Assembly: GCA_900758845.1 (NCBI GenBank)
Contig: CAAESW010000068.1
Span: 7,647 to 71,646, forward strand
Length of the DNA stretch: 64,000 bases
Direction of reading: 5' to 3'
Source of the DNA: an uncultured Collinsella sp.
Lineage (GTDB): Bacteria > Actinomycetota > Coriobacteriia > Coriobacteriales > Coriobacteriaceae
The translations under genes and the position numbers were made by a program. Each line of letters opens with the position of its first letter. Positions within the stretch are counted from its first letter, which is position 1. Below, in pieces: positions 49,528-58,685 of this stretch. The notes under the pieces are model-generated. The model saw only the letters and a program-made list of their open reading frames with translations. It was not told the DNA's origin and did no database searches.

Positions 49528-50460
49528 ATGTTCTACACGCTAACCGCTAACCCGGCTGTCGACATGACGGTTTCGAGCTCTCCGCTCGAGCCCGACGAGA
49601 ACGTCCGCACCGGCTCGGCCAGCTACACGGCTAACGGCAAGGGCCTCGACGTGTCCTTCGCCTTTAAGAAGATGGGCGTCGACACCGTCGCGCTCGGCTT
49701 CTTCGCCGGCTTCACGGGCAAGTTCATCGTCGAGGAGGTCATGAACCTGGGTTGCCTCTGCCGCCCGGTCTGGACCGACGGTATCACGCGCATTAACACC
49801 TACGTCAACGATGGCCAGCACGAGTACGGCATCCTGAACCCGGGTGCTCCTATTACGCCGCAGCACCAGGAGGAGCTCTACAACATCCTGGATACCGCGG
49901 GCGATCTTGAGTGCCTGATCGTCTCCGGCTCCGTTCCTCCCAAAGCTACGCCCGACTTCCTGGCTCAGGTCATGGAGCACGCTCAGGCTCGTGGCGCCGA
50001 CGTCGTCTTGGACCTGTCCTCCGACAAGCTCAAGGAGCTCGCTCACAAGAAGCCGCTGCTCATCAAGCCGAACCATCACGAGATGAAGGCCATCTTCGGC
50101 GTGCCGGTCGACACCGACGACGAGGTTCGCGTTGCCATGAAGATGGCTCACGACGCTGGCGTTCAGAACGTGCTGCTCACCCGTGGTAGCCGCGGCGACG
50201 CTTACTTCTCCAACGGCGAGGACATCTGGTACGCCAAGCGTGAGTTCAACATCAAGCTGGTTTCTTCCGTCTGCGCCGGCGACTGCACCCTTGCTGCGTT
50301 CCTGCACAAGTGGTACAGGGATCGCGACAACGTCGAGGAGGCCATGAAGCTCGCTATGGCCACCGGTGCCAACGTTGCCGAGTCCGTCGGCATCGGCGAC
50401 TTCGGTCACGTCGATGAGTACAGCAAGCGCGTTGCTGTCCGCAAGCTCGATCGTCAGTAA
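49528..50460 (+). CDS. 1-phosphofructokinase-family (PfkB) hexose-phosphate kinase, copy 1
   Basis: TLTANPAVD, NGKGLDVS, LIKPN, SSVCAGD. Confidence 0.9.
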   Translation: MFYTLTANPAVDMTVSSSPLEPDENVRTGSASYTANGKGLDVSFAFKKMGVDTVALGFFAGFTGKFIVEEVMNLGCLCRPVWTDGITRINTYVNDGQHEYGILNPGAPITPQHQEELYNILDTAGDLECLIVSGSVPPKATPDFLAQVMEHAQARGADVVLDLSSDKLKELAHKKPLLIKPNHHEMKAIFGVPVDTDDEVRVAMKMAHDAGVQNVLLTRGSRGDAYFSNGEDIWYAKREFNIKLVSSVCAGDCTLAAFLHKWYRDRDNVEEAMKLAMATGANVAESVGIGDFGHVDEYSKRVAVRKLDRQ

Positions 50461-50488
50461 TCGAAACGCGACATATTCGTGCGCATGC

Positions 50489-50520
50489 GGCGCCCCGGTT
50501 TCGGCCGGGGCGCCTTTTTT
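50489..50520 (+). terminator. Intrinsic terminator between the two kinase genes
   Basis: ggcgccccgg / ccggggcgcc followed by a T run. Confidence 0.8.
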
Positions 50521-50649
50521 GTTCCGCCATGGGGGAGACGTGTCCCGCCGTACTTCATCGCTTCCACACCGTTCACCGAGTTGTCCTAGCCTTTTGTCTA
50601 TGCATGGAATATACTTTCATTAACACGTTGCTTCGTGAAAGGAACATTC

Positions 50650-51582
50650 ATGATTTACACGCTCACTGCAAATCCCGCCATTGACTACAACATCGCCTGC
50701 GACGGCCTTGCTGCCAACACTGTCACGCGTACCCGCAACGCCGTCTACTCGCCCAACGGCAAGGGCCTCAACGTCTCGTTTACGCTTGACCACTATGGTG
50801 TCGACACCACGATCCTGGGTTTCTTCGCTGGCTTCTCGGGCGAGTTTATCGTTAAGGGCGCCGAGGCCCTGGGCGTGCCCGTCAAGCCCGTGTGGACCGA
50901 CGGCATCACGCGCGTCAACGTGTTCCTCAATGCCGGCCCCGACACCGAGTACAACATGGTCAACGCCGGTGCCGCCATCAACGAGGCCAACGAGCAGGAG
51001 ATGTTTGAGCTTATCGATTCGCTCGATGACATGACCTGCCTGGTCATCAGTGGCTCGCTGCCTCCCAACACTTCCGAGGGCTTCCTGGCCGAGGTTCTGC
51101 GCCGCGTCAAGGCCAAGGGTGCCGAGTTCGTTCTCGACATTTCGAGCCATCAGCTGGCAGATCTCATTGCCATGGAGCCGCTGCTGATCAAGCCCAATGA
51201 CGACGAGCTGCTCGATATCTTTGGCATTAAGGTGAGCGGTGGCGACGATGAGTCCGTCAAGGGCGCGATGGCCGAGCTTCATGCCAAGGGCGCCAAGAAT
51301 GTGCTGCTGACCCTTGGTGGCGATGGCGCGTACTTCTCCAACGGCGAGCATATCTGGTTTGCCAACCGCACCTTTGAGGTCAAGCTGCTGTCGACCGTCT
51401 GCGCCGGCGATTCCTCGCTGGCCGCCTTCCTGTCCGTGTGGCACGACGCTCCCGAGCGCGTCGAGGATGCCTTGCGTCTTTCGATGGCCACCGGCGCCAA
51501 CGTGGTCGAGTGCCCCGGTCTGGGCGATTTTGCCAAGGTGGACGAATATAAGAAGCACATCGAGGTTCGCCAGGTCTGCTAG
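50650..51582 (+). CDS. 1-phosphofructokinase-family (PfkB) hexose-phosphate kinase, copy 2
   Basis: TLTANPAID, PNGKGLNVS, LIKPNDDE, STVCAGD; clear paralogue of copy 1. Confidence 0.9.
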   Translation: MIYTLTANPAIDYNIACDGLAANTVTRTRNAVYSPNGKGLNVSFTLDHYGVDTTILGFFAGFSGEFIVKGAEALGVPVKPVWTDGITRVNVFLNAGPDTEYNMVNAGAAINEANEQEMFELIDSLDDMTCLVISGSLPPNTSEGFLAEVLRRVKAKGAEFVLDISSHQLADLIAMEPLLIKPNDDELLDIFGIKVSGGDDESVKGAMAELHAKGAKNVLLTLGGDGAYFSNGEHIWFANRTFEVKLLSTVCAGDSSLAAFLSVWHDAPERVEDALRLSMATGANVVECPGLGDFAKVDEYKKHIEVRQVC

Positions 51583-51777
51583 CCGCATCGATACATCGTT
51601 GCCGAACACCCGCTTTGGATTACCAGGGCGGGTGTTTTTTGCGCGCTGAACGTATCTGGCGTCTGCTGTCTCGTTTTATCGAATTGACGACGCGATTGCG
51701 TGTGCGTGCTTTCTCGTTTCTTGTTAGACTTCTTGAGAACCATCGATTAACGCTCACAAGTGCAGGAGGCCATAGGC

Positions 51778-53172
51778 ATGTGCAATGTTTCGCTCAACGG
51801 TACTCAACCGTCCGATGCCTCCCTGCGCGTCCTGCGCGCGCTTGAGGCGGCTGGTCTTGAGGCTTGGTACGTGGGCGGTTGGGTGCGCGACGCCCTGATG
51901 GGGTGCCCCAGCCACGATGTTGATATGTGCTGTAGCGGCCTGTGGCAGGAGTCCAAGGCGGCGCTCGAGGCCGCCGGCATCGTGGTTGTGGAGTCGGGCA
52001 TTAAATTTGGCGGAATCACGGCTATTTCCGATGGCGAGCGTATCGAGGTCACCACGTACCGTCTGGATGGCTTCTATACCGATGGGCGCCATCCTCAGAG
52101 CGTCGAGCGCGCCGCCTCGCTCGAGGACGATCTGGCGCGCCGCGACTTTACCGTCAACGCCATGGCCTGGCATCCCGAGCGCGGGCTTGTCGACCGTTAT
52201 GACGGCCAGGGTGATCTGGAACGCAAGTTGATTCGCGCTGTCGGCGATCCCAAGCGTCGCTTTAACGAGGATGCGCTTCGTATGCTGCGCGCCGTGCGTT
52301 TTGCCTGCCGTCTGGACTTTATGATTGAGCCCGAGACCAAGCGTGCGCTTGCCGAGTGCGCGCCGCTGCTCGATGCCGTGGCGCGCGAGCGCGTGGGTAT
52401 TGAGCTCGAGGGCATTCTTTCGACCGGTCATGGGGGAGACGCCATGCTGCGCTACCCTGAGCTCATCTGCGCCGCCGTGCCCGAGTTGGCAGCGGGTCGT
52501 GGGTTTGATCAGCGAAGTGTCTATCATGCGTTTAACGTCTACGAGCATATCGCCCGTGTGCTGACGGTGGCAGGGGAGCTGGCGCTGTGCGACGGCGTCG
52601 TGCCATCGTCGAGCCTTATGTGGGCGGCGTTTTTGCACGATGTGTCCAAGCCCGAGTGCTTCACGGTCGATCACGCCGGCAGCGGACACTTTTATGGTCA
52701 TCCCGAGCTCGGCGCTAAGAAAGCGCGCGTCATTATGGATCGCCTGGCGCTCTCGCACGACCTGGTGCGCGACGTGTGCCTGCTCATCAAATATCACGAC
52801 AAGCCGCTGCGCCCCGAGCGCTCCTGCCTGCTCAATATGATGCGCGCGCTTTCGGGTGAGGGCGTCGACACGCCGCGTCTGATGGACGAGCTCATGGACC
52901 TCAAGCGTGCCGACACACTTGGCAAGGCCCCATCGTGCTTCTATTACGTTGAGACGATTGAGGAGATGCGCGCGCTGGCGCACGAGCTGCTGAAGGCAGG
53001 GGAGCCCCATACGCTCAAGATGCTCGCCATCAACGGCGGCGACCTGATCCGTGCCGGAGTCAAGCCCGGGCCGGAACTGGGTCAGCTTCTCAACTCCGCC
53101 CTCGACGCCGTGATCGAAGACAATATTCCCAACGAGCGCGAAGCTCTTTTGGTCCATCTCAACTTGAATTAG
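51778..53172 (+). CDS. cca: CCA tRNA nucleotidyltransferase with HD domain
   Basis: VGGWVRD, DVD, EVTTYR, DLARRDFTVNAMA, RFNEDALRMLRAVRF, LHDVSK. Confidence 0.92.
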   Translation: MCNVSLNGTQPSDASLRVLRALEAAGLEAWYVGGWVRDALMGCPSHDVDMCCSGLWQESKAALEAAGIVVVESGIKFGGITAISDGERIEVTTYRLDGFYTDGRHPQSVERAASLEDDLARRDFTVNAMAWHPERGLVDRYDGQGDLERKLIRAVGDPKRRFNEDALRMLRAVRFACRLDFMIEPETKRALAECAPLLDAVARERVGIELEGILSTGHGGDAMLRYPELICAAVPELAAGRGFDQRSVYHAFNVYEHIARVLTVAGELALCDGVVPSSSLMWAAFLHDVSKPECFTVDHAGSGHFYGHPELGAKKARVIMDRLALSHDLVRDVCLLIKYHDKPLRPERSCLLNMMRALSGEGVDTPRLMDELMDLKRADTLGKAPSCFYYVETIEEMRALAHELLKAGEPHTLKMLAINGGDLIRAGVKPGPELGQLLNSALDAVIEDNIPNEREALLVHLNLN

Positions 53173-53299
53173 CTACCCAGTTTACCTGCGTGTTCCATAA
53201 CCTGCCGACAATTTTTTGGCAATTTGGAATTTCTTCTTGCGCTGACGTTTTTTGTCCCGTAATATATTTCTCTGCAGCACGGCAGTGCAGATGTCATGT

Positions 53300-53376
53300 G
53301 GCCCGTTCGTCTAGCGGTTTAGGACGCCGCCCTCTCAAGGCGGAGATCACCAGTTCGAATCTGGTACGGGCTACCA
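53300..53376 (+). tRNA. tRNA-Glu (anticodon CTC)
   Basis: Cloverleaf; anticodon arm ccgcc-ctCTCaa-ggcgg; GTTCGAATC T-loop; encoded CCA. Confidence 0.96.
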
Positions 53377-53398
53377 CTTCTTTTCTGCTGAGGCTTAT

Positions 53399-53475
53399 GG
53401 CCCGTTCGTCTAGCGGTTTAGGACGCCGCCCTCTCAAGGCGGAGATCACCAGTTCGAATCTGGTACGGGCTACCA
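53399..53475 (+). tRNA. tRNA-Glu (anticodon CTC), identical second copy
   Basis: Same 77-nt sequence as 53300-53376, separated by a 22-nt spacer. Confidence 0.96.
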
Positions 53476-53485
53476 CGCATCTGAT

Positions 53486-53517
53486 ACCCGGACTTCCCAT
53501 GGAAGGCCGGGTTTTTT
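53486..53517 (+). terminator. Intrinsic terminator after the tRNA pair
   Basis: acccggacttcc / ggaaggccgggt followed by a T run. Confidence 0.75.
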
Positions 53518-53625
53518 ATTATCAAACAACCGTCTGCAATTCCCGTTTGAACCAGAGCTTTTCGTTCTGCCTATGGCCCTTACGGGTACAATATCCAAGA
53601 TATTTTGACTGTTAGAAGGAGTCTC

Positions 53626-54933
53626 ATGACGGAGTCCTCTCAGCATACGTCTAAGCCCCAGGTCGAGGTTGAGGCCTCGGGCGGAGATGACAATAAGAGC
53701 GCACGCCGTGGCGCCATCTTTATCGGCGTCGTGCTGGTGGGTTATATCGTCTATCTGGTGGTTACCGGGCAGATGGGGCAGTTCTGGGCCGCTATGTCGA
53801 GCGTCCAGGCGCCATGGCTCGTTGTCGCGTGTCTTTGCATGTTCATGTATCTGTTCTTTGGCATTGTGGCCTATGCGATCGCCGTCTGGCTCGACCCATA
53901 TTCGCCCGTCGGTATTCGCGACCTCATTTCGGTCGAGGCGAGTGGCATCTTCTTTGGCAACCTGACGCCCATGATGATGGGCTCGACTCCCGCCCAGATC
54001 TACCGCCTGACCAAAGCGGGCCAAAATGTCGGCGAGGCCGGAGCAACGCAGTTCACGCGCTTTATCGTGTACCAGTTTGGCCTCGTTGCCTGGGGCGCTA
54101 TCCTACTGCTTGCTCGCATGCCGTTTTTCGCCGAGCGCTATGGTGACATGACGCTGCTGTGCGTCTTTAGCTTTGGCGGACACTGCTGCATTTTGCTGGG
54201 AATCTTCGCCGTCGCGCTCATGCCTAAGACCGTCACGCGCGTCGCCCATTGCATCATCAATTGGCTCGAGCGCATTGGTGTCTCGGCCACTAAGATCGAG
54301 GGTTGGCGCACGTTTGTCGATGGCGAGATCTACTCCTTCTCCGAGAAGTTCAAGCTTTCGGCCGGACATTTTTCTTCCATGCTGCTCACCGTGTTTATCA
54401 CCATGCTGCAGCTCGCGTTTTTCTATCTGGTGCCGTATTTCCTGATGCTTGCCTTTGGCCATCACGAGGTCGACTTTTTCTCGGTCATGGCCGCGAGCGC
54501 CTTTGTCCAGCTGCTGAGCTCTGCGGTTCCCTTGCCCGGTGGAACTGGTGGCGCTGAGGGCGGCTTTGCATTGTTCTTGGGTCATTTCTTCGGTTCGGCA
54601 TCGACCGCCGGCTATCTGCTGTGGCGCCTCATTACGTTTATTGCACCGACCATTTTGGCTGCGCCCCTGCTGGGGCTTAAGAGCGCTCACAACGAGAGCA
54701 TCCATGCGCGCTGGGATCGCGTGATGCGCAAGCTCGGTCGCACGCCTCAAACGCCCTCTGCGCCCACAAAGCCCCACCCCACGAATGCTGTTACCGTTGA
54801 TCCCAAGAAGCAGGCTCAGAAGGCTTCTGGGACCGCTAAGCCGGCTCATAAAGCCTATGTGCGCCAGACAGGCGACGGTATTCGCGTATCTCCGTCGGCA
54901 CTCAATAAGAAGAAGCACCCTAAGTCGCAGTAG
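53626..54933 (+). CDS. Lysylphosphatidylglycerol-synthase TM domain (flippase-like, UPF0104) protein
   Basis: Multi-TM; FFGNLTP, PLPGGTGGAE and LLWRLITF motifs; basic low-complexity tail. Confidence 0.85.
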   Translation: MTESSQHTSKPQVEVEASGGDDNKSARRGAIFIGVVLVGYIVYLVVTGQMGQFWAAMSSVQAPWLVVACLCMFMYLFFGIVAYAIAVWLDPYSPVGIRDLISVEASGIFFGNLTPMMMGSTPAQIYRLTKAGQNVGEAGATQFTRFIVYQFGLVAWGAILLLARMPFFAERYGDMTLLCVFSFGGHCCILLGIFAVALMPKTVTRVAHCIINWLERIGVSATKIEGWRTFVDGEIYSFSEKFKLSAGHFSSMLLTVFITMLQLAFFYLVPYFLMLAFGHHEVDFFSVMAASAFVQLLSSAVPLPGGTGGAEGGFALFLGHFFGSASTAGYLLWRLITFIAPTILAAPLLGLKSAHNESIHARWDRVMRKLGRTPQTPSAPTKPHPTNAVTVDPKKQAQKASGTAKPAHKAYVRQTGDGIRVSPSALNKKKHPKSQ

Positions 54934-55049
54934 GGTAGTCGTGCGTTCTTCATGATGCGGGGCATATTTGTGCTGTATGGGGGATAATCCTCTTACGCAG
55001 ATTATCTCTCATCTGTTGATGAATGCTCGCATATCGAAGGGACACGCCC

Positions 55050-55661
55050 ATGGCAACCAGCAAACCGCGTCTTGACCGCCGCATTGTTCGCAGCCGTAAT
55101 GCCATCCTTTCCGCTTTCGAGCGCCTGCTCATGGAAAAGCCGCTGGCAGACATTACGGTGAGTGCCATCGCGCGCGAGGCCAATGTCGACCGCAAGACCT
55201 TCTACGTGCACTTTGGCACGGTTGACGGCCTGCTCGATGCCATTGCCGTCGATGTGGTGGAGATGGTTGTCGACTCGGTCGAGAAAACGCTTGCTTCAAT
55301 GGACGGCGACACCAACGAGCGCGCTCTTGGCGCGGCGGCGACCTTCTTTAAAACCGTTAACGAGGCACTGTGCAACAACTTGGTGCTCAATCGTCAGCTG
55401 ATCGAGAACATTCCGCTCGATGATTTTATGGCTCGTCTTCGTGCGCCGCTCGAGCACGAGATTGCCGAACGCGATCTGCTGCCCCAAGGTCTCAAGGACG
55501 AGATGTTCGACTACTATCTGGCGTTTTTGCTGTCGGGTATTATCGGTATCTATCGCACGTGGGCGCTGTATGACGGCTCGGTTCCTATCGAGCGCGTCTC
55601 GGAGGTTGCTAACGACCTCACGCTCAACGGCCTGTCGAGTCTGGAATCTCGCTTCGAATAG
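55050..55661 (+). CDS. TetR/AcrR-family transcriptional regulator
   Basis: DRRIVRSR..I, ITVSAIAREANVDRKTFYVHF HTH. Confidence 0.93.
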   Translation: MATSKPRLDRRIVRSRNAILSAFERLLMEKPLADITVSAIAREANVDRKTFYVHFGTVDGLLDAIAVDVVEMVVDSVEKTLASMDGDTNERALGAAATFFKTVNEALCNNLVLNRQLIENIPLDDFMARLRAPLEHEIAERDLLPQGLKDEMFDYYLAFLLSGIIGIYRTWALYDGSVPIERVSEVANDLTLNGLSSLESRFE

Positions 55662-55685
55662 CATCGATAATTCAACAACTTAATG

Positions 55686-55754
55686 AAGTTGCGGTGGAAT
55701 AGGGATCGTTTTGGCTATTGGAAGGCCGATCTAGTCCCTATTTCACCGTAACTT
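55686..55754. repeat. Palindromic repeat, family A copy 2
   Basis: aagttgcggtggaataggga...tccctatttcaccgtaactt; same 69-bp span as copy 1 (46891-46959). Confidence 0.85.
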
Positions 55755-55777
55755 AGTAATACTGTTTTGATGGTAAG

Positions 55778-55816
55778 GCGGAGCAGCCTCGAAGATAAGC
55801 TTCGAGGCTGCTCCGC
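55778..55816. terminator. Hairpin between convergent TetR and radical SAM genes
   Basis: gcggagcagcctcgaag / cttcgaggctgctccgc 17-bp perfect stem. Confidence 0.7.
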
Positions 55817-55849
55817 TTCATTTCTGAGCGTTTGTCGTGTAGGGCAGTA

Positions 55850-57283
55850 TTAATCGCCGTTTTTGAGTATGCGGCCCTGTTTTTCGAACTTGTGCATGTC
55901 GCTATCGGCCATGCCCTGCGACTTGTCCTCGTGACGCTTGGCGTATAACGGATCGTCGGAGTCGTTCCAGATGCGGTCGGCGACAGGTGACCATGCCTCG
56001 GCGGCAGCCTGGGTCTTTTCGCGCAGCTGCTCGGGTGACTCCTTCTCGATTAGGTCGGTGCTCATTGCGCCACTCTCGGCGACCAGTTTGGGCAGCACGT
56101 CGGGATTCTCGAGCATGGGGCATGGTTTGAGGTAGTTGTCGTTAAACGGCATGTTCTCGTAGTACTTCATAAAGAGGGGAGAGCGCAGCGCGTCGAGTAA
56201 GCTCACATCGTGGATGTTGGCGTTTGAGTAGTGGATGAACACGCACGGCTCCACGTCTCCGGCGGCGTTGATGTGCAGGTAGCGGCGGCCGCCGGCGATA
56301 CATCCGCCTACAAACTCGCCGTCGTTTTGGAAGTCGAGCGTAAACAGCGGCTTCTTCTCACGCATTTCGCGGATAAAGTGATACATGTGCTCGCGCTGCT
56401 CGGGCGTGGGCATGAGCTCGGGGGTTGCATTGCGGCCAACCGGCATAAAGTGGAAGTACCAGCAGAAGAGTGCTCCCTCGCCGATCATCCAGTCCATGTT
56501 CTCCTCGGTAGCAACCGTATCGGCATTGGCGCTGGTCCAACAGGTGGAGATACCAAACGGCAAGTCGCGCTCGCGCAGGAGTTTCATGGCGTGCTCGATC
56601 TTTGCGTAGGTACCCTCGCCGCGACGGGCGTCGGTGGTGTGCTCATTGCCCTCGGCGCTGATGGCGGGGACAAAATTACCTACGCGAATCATATCGTCGC
56701 AGAAGGCCTCGTCGATCAACGTGGAGTTGGTAAAGCAGAGAAACACGCAGTCCTGATGTTTTTCGCAAATTCTGATCAGGTCGTGCTTGCGGACGAGCGG
56801 CTCGCCGCCGGTATAGATGTAGATATGCGTACCGAGCTCTTTGCCCTGTGTAACGATAGAGTCGATGTCTTCGAACGAGAGATTCTGCTTGTAGCCGTAC
56901 TCGGCGGCCCAGCAGCCCGTGCAATGCAGGTTGCAGGCGCTCGTGGGGTCGAGCAGGATGGCCCACGGAACGTTGCACTGGTACTTTTCGCGGTTCTTTT
57001 CCTGCTCTGGCCAAGCAAGCAGGTTGGCGTCGACAATGAGGGTCTTAAGCAGTTTGGTTCGCATCTGGGGATTAAGGCTGAACACACGCATGATCAGGTC
57101 ATACCAATTGCCGCGGCTCTTGATGACATTGGTGAATGCCTCTCGCTGTACAGGAAATACGCGATTGGGGACCAGCTTGTTCACGAGGTCCATGATTTTG
57201 TCGATGTTTTCTTGCGGGTTGCCGTCGAGATAATCGATGAGCTTGTTGAGCGCTGCACGCTCTGCTGACTGTGTAAGCGACAT
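55850..57283 (-). CDS. Radical SAM protein with C-terminal SPASM/Twitch-like Cys motif
   Basis: CNLHCTGC, TGGEP, FTN, GCIAGG...GDVEPC, KPCPM. ATG 57283 is best spaced from the AAAGGA RBS. Confidence 0.9.
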   Translation of the reverse strand: MSLTQSAERAALNKLIDYLDGNPQENIDKIMDLVNKLVPNRVFPVQREAFTNVIKSRGNWYDLIMRVFSLNPQMRTKLLKTLIVDANLLAWPEQEKNREKYQCNVPWAILLDPTSACNLHCTGCWAAEYGYKQNLSFEDIDSIVTQGKELGTHIYIYTGGEPLVRKHDLIRICEKHQDCVFLCFTNSTLIDEAFCDDMIRVGNFVPAISAEGNEHTTDARRGEGTYAKIEHAMKLLRERDLPFGISTCWTSANADTVATEENMDWMIGEGALFCWYFHFMPVGRNATPELMPTPEQREHMYHFIREMREKKPLFTLDFQNDGEFVGGCIAGGRRYLHINAAGDVEPCVFIHYSNANIHDVSLLDALRSPLFMKYYENMPFNDNYLKPCPMLENPDVLPKLVAESGAMSTDLIEKESPEQLREKTQAAAEAWSPVADRIWNDSDDPLYAKRHEDKSQGMADSDMHKFEKQGRILKNGD

Positions 57284-57415
57284 GGGCATATCCTTTCACG
57301 TGTGCCTTGTGTGTGATAATACCCACTTGTGGATTAAACGAAGTATAAAGATTTGCAATGTGTCTATTCAACGAATCAATTTGATTTGGGGTGAAGCGTT
57401 ATAGCGGACGCTCTC

Positions 57416-57433
57416 TAAGTTGCGGTGAAATAG
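57416..57433. repeat. Palindromic repeat, family A, truncated left arm only
   Basis: taagttgcggtgaaatag is identical to copy 1, then the sequence diverges abruptly. Confidence 0.8.
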
Positions 57434-57470
57434 TGTCAGATGGGGATGCGGACGATTTCTTGGATCGCGC

Positions 57471-58685
57471 CTAGGCGTATCCATTGGAATCCTCCGATGC
57501 GCCTTCGCACGCTTGCATGACCTCGATACCATGCGATCGTGCAAACTCGACGAGCTCTGCGTTGCGGGCGTTTATGGTGCCGAAGGCGGCGGGGCACACG
57601 ATAAGGCTCGCGCAGTGGACGAGGAGCTCTTTGGCGCGGGCTATGGTTTTATCCCCGATCGGCTCGAAGGCGCGCTCGGCCACGCATTCCGTCGCCAGGT
57701 CGTTCGCGAGCTCGCAGTCGATGTCCCCTTCGTGCAGAACGCCCGCGTAGAACGCCTTGCCCTGCCGGATGAGCTGGCGAAACACAGCCGACCCCGTACC
57801 TGCGCCGGCGATGACGAACGTGTGCGCATCGCCGTGTGGGCGCCCAATTTCCACGCTGCCGAAGCGCTCGTTGAAGGTGCCATGTTGAAGGCCGTAGAGC
57901 TCGCCAATCGTCTCGCGCGTGAATATGTCCTCGGGTGCGCCGGCGCGGAAGACCCGGCCGTCCTTCACGCAAATCACCTTGTCGGCGCTTTTCTGCGCGA
58001 GCTCGAGTTCGTGGATGGACATGATGACAGCCACATTCCGCGATTTCGAAAGGTGGCGAAGTATTCGCAGCAGGTCGATCTGGTAGCGGATATCGAGATA
58101 CGACGTGGGCTCGTCGAGCACGAGCACACGCGGATCCTGCGCGATGGCTCGTGCGAGCATGACGCGCTGGCGTTGCCCGTCGCTTATCTGCATGAAGTCG
58201 CGCTCGGCGAGCTCTTCCACATGTGCGGTTTTCATGGCCTCATCGACCCGACTATGGTCGTCGGGCGAGAGTGTGCCCATTCGCCCGGTGTAGGGATGCC
58301 TTCCCGCCTCTACGATATCGCGGCAGGTGAGGAGCTCGGTCCGGGGTCGATCTGTCAGCATAACGGCAAGGTTCCTTGCGAACTCCGCCGTCTTCCATCG
58401 GGAAATCTCCCGCCCGTCGAGCTCGACCGCGCCGGCAAGCGGTACCAGATGGCGTGTGATGGTTTTCAAGATGGTCGACTTGCCCGAGCCGTTCGGCCCG
58501 ATGAGCGCCACGACGTCGCCCGCGCGAACCTCCAGCTCGACGCCTTCGACTACGACCTTCTTGTCGTAGCCCGCCGACAGGTCGCTTATGCGGAAAAGCG
58601 GCGCTCCGTCAGCCTGCGTTTTTACCGGGGTTTCGAGGTTCGACTCCCCTCCGAGCGTTTTGGGCTGCGGCACGAATTTCCCCAT
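57471..58685 (-). CDS. ABC transporter ATP-binding protein (FepC/BtuD-like) with C-terminal extension
   Basis: GPNGSGKST, ISDGQRQRV, LDEPT, SIHE; extra domain of about 130 aa. Confidence 0.93.
   Translation of the reverse strand: MGKFVPQPKTLGGESNLETPVKTQADGAPLFRISDLSAGYDKKVVVEGVELEVRAGDVVALIGPNGSGKSTILKTITRHLVPLAGAVELDGREISRWKTAEFARNLAVMLTDRPRTELLTCRDIVEAGRHPYTGRMGTLSPDDHSRVDEAMKTAHVEELAERDFMQISDGQRQRVMLARAIAQDPRVLVLDEPTSYLDIRYQIDLLRILRHLSKSRNVAVIMSIHELELAQKSADKVICVKDGRVFRAGAPEDIFTRETIGELYGLQHGTFNERFGSVEIGRPHGDAHTFVIAGAGTGSAVFRQLIRQGKAFYAGVLHEGDIDCELANDLATECVAERAFEPIGDKTIARAKELLVHCASLIVCPAAFGTINARNAELVEFARSHGIEVMQACEGASEDSNGYA

Noticed and set aside
53190..53615. ORFs with an internal repeated peptide, superficially like a repeat-spacer array
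   Set aside because: Explained by two tandem tRNA-Glu genes; not a CDS and not CRISPR.
46889..57433. Family A repeats as CRISPR repeats or integron attC sites
   Set aside because: Copies are kilobases apart, there are no cas or integrase genes in the window, and no RYYYAAC/GTTRRRY cassette arrangement.
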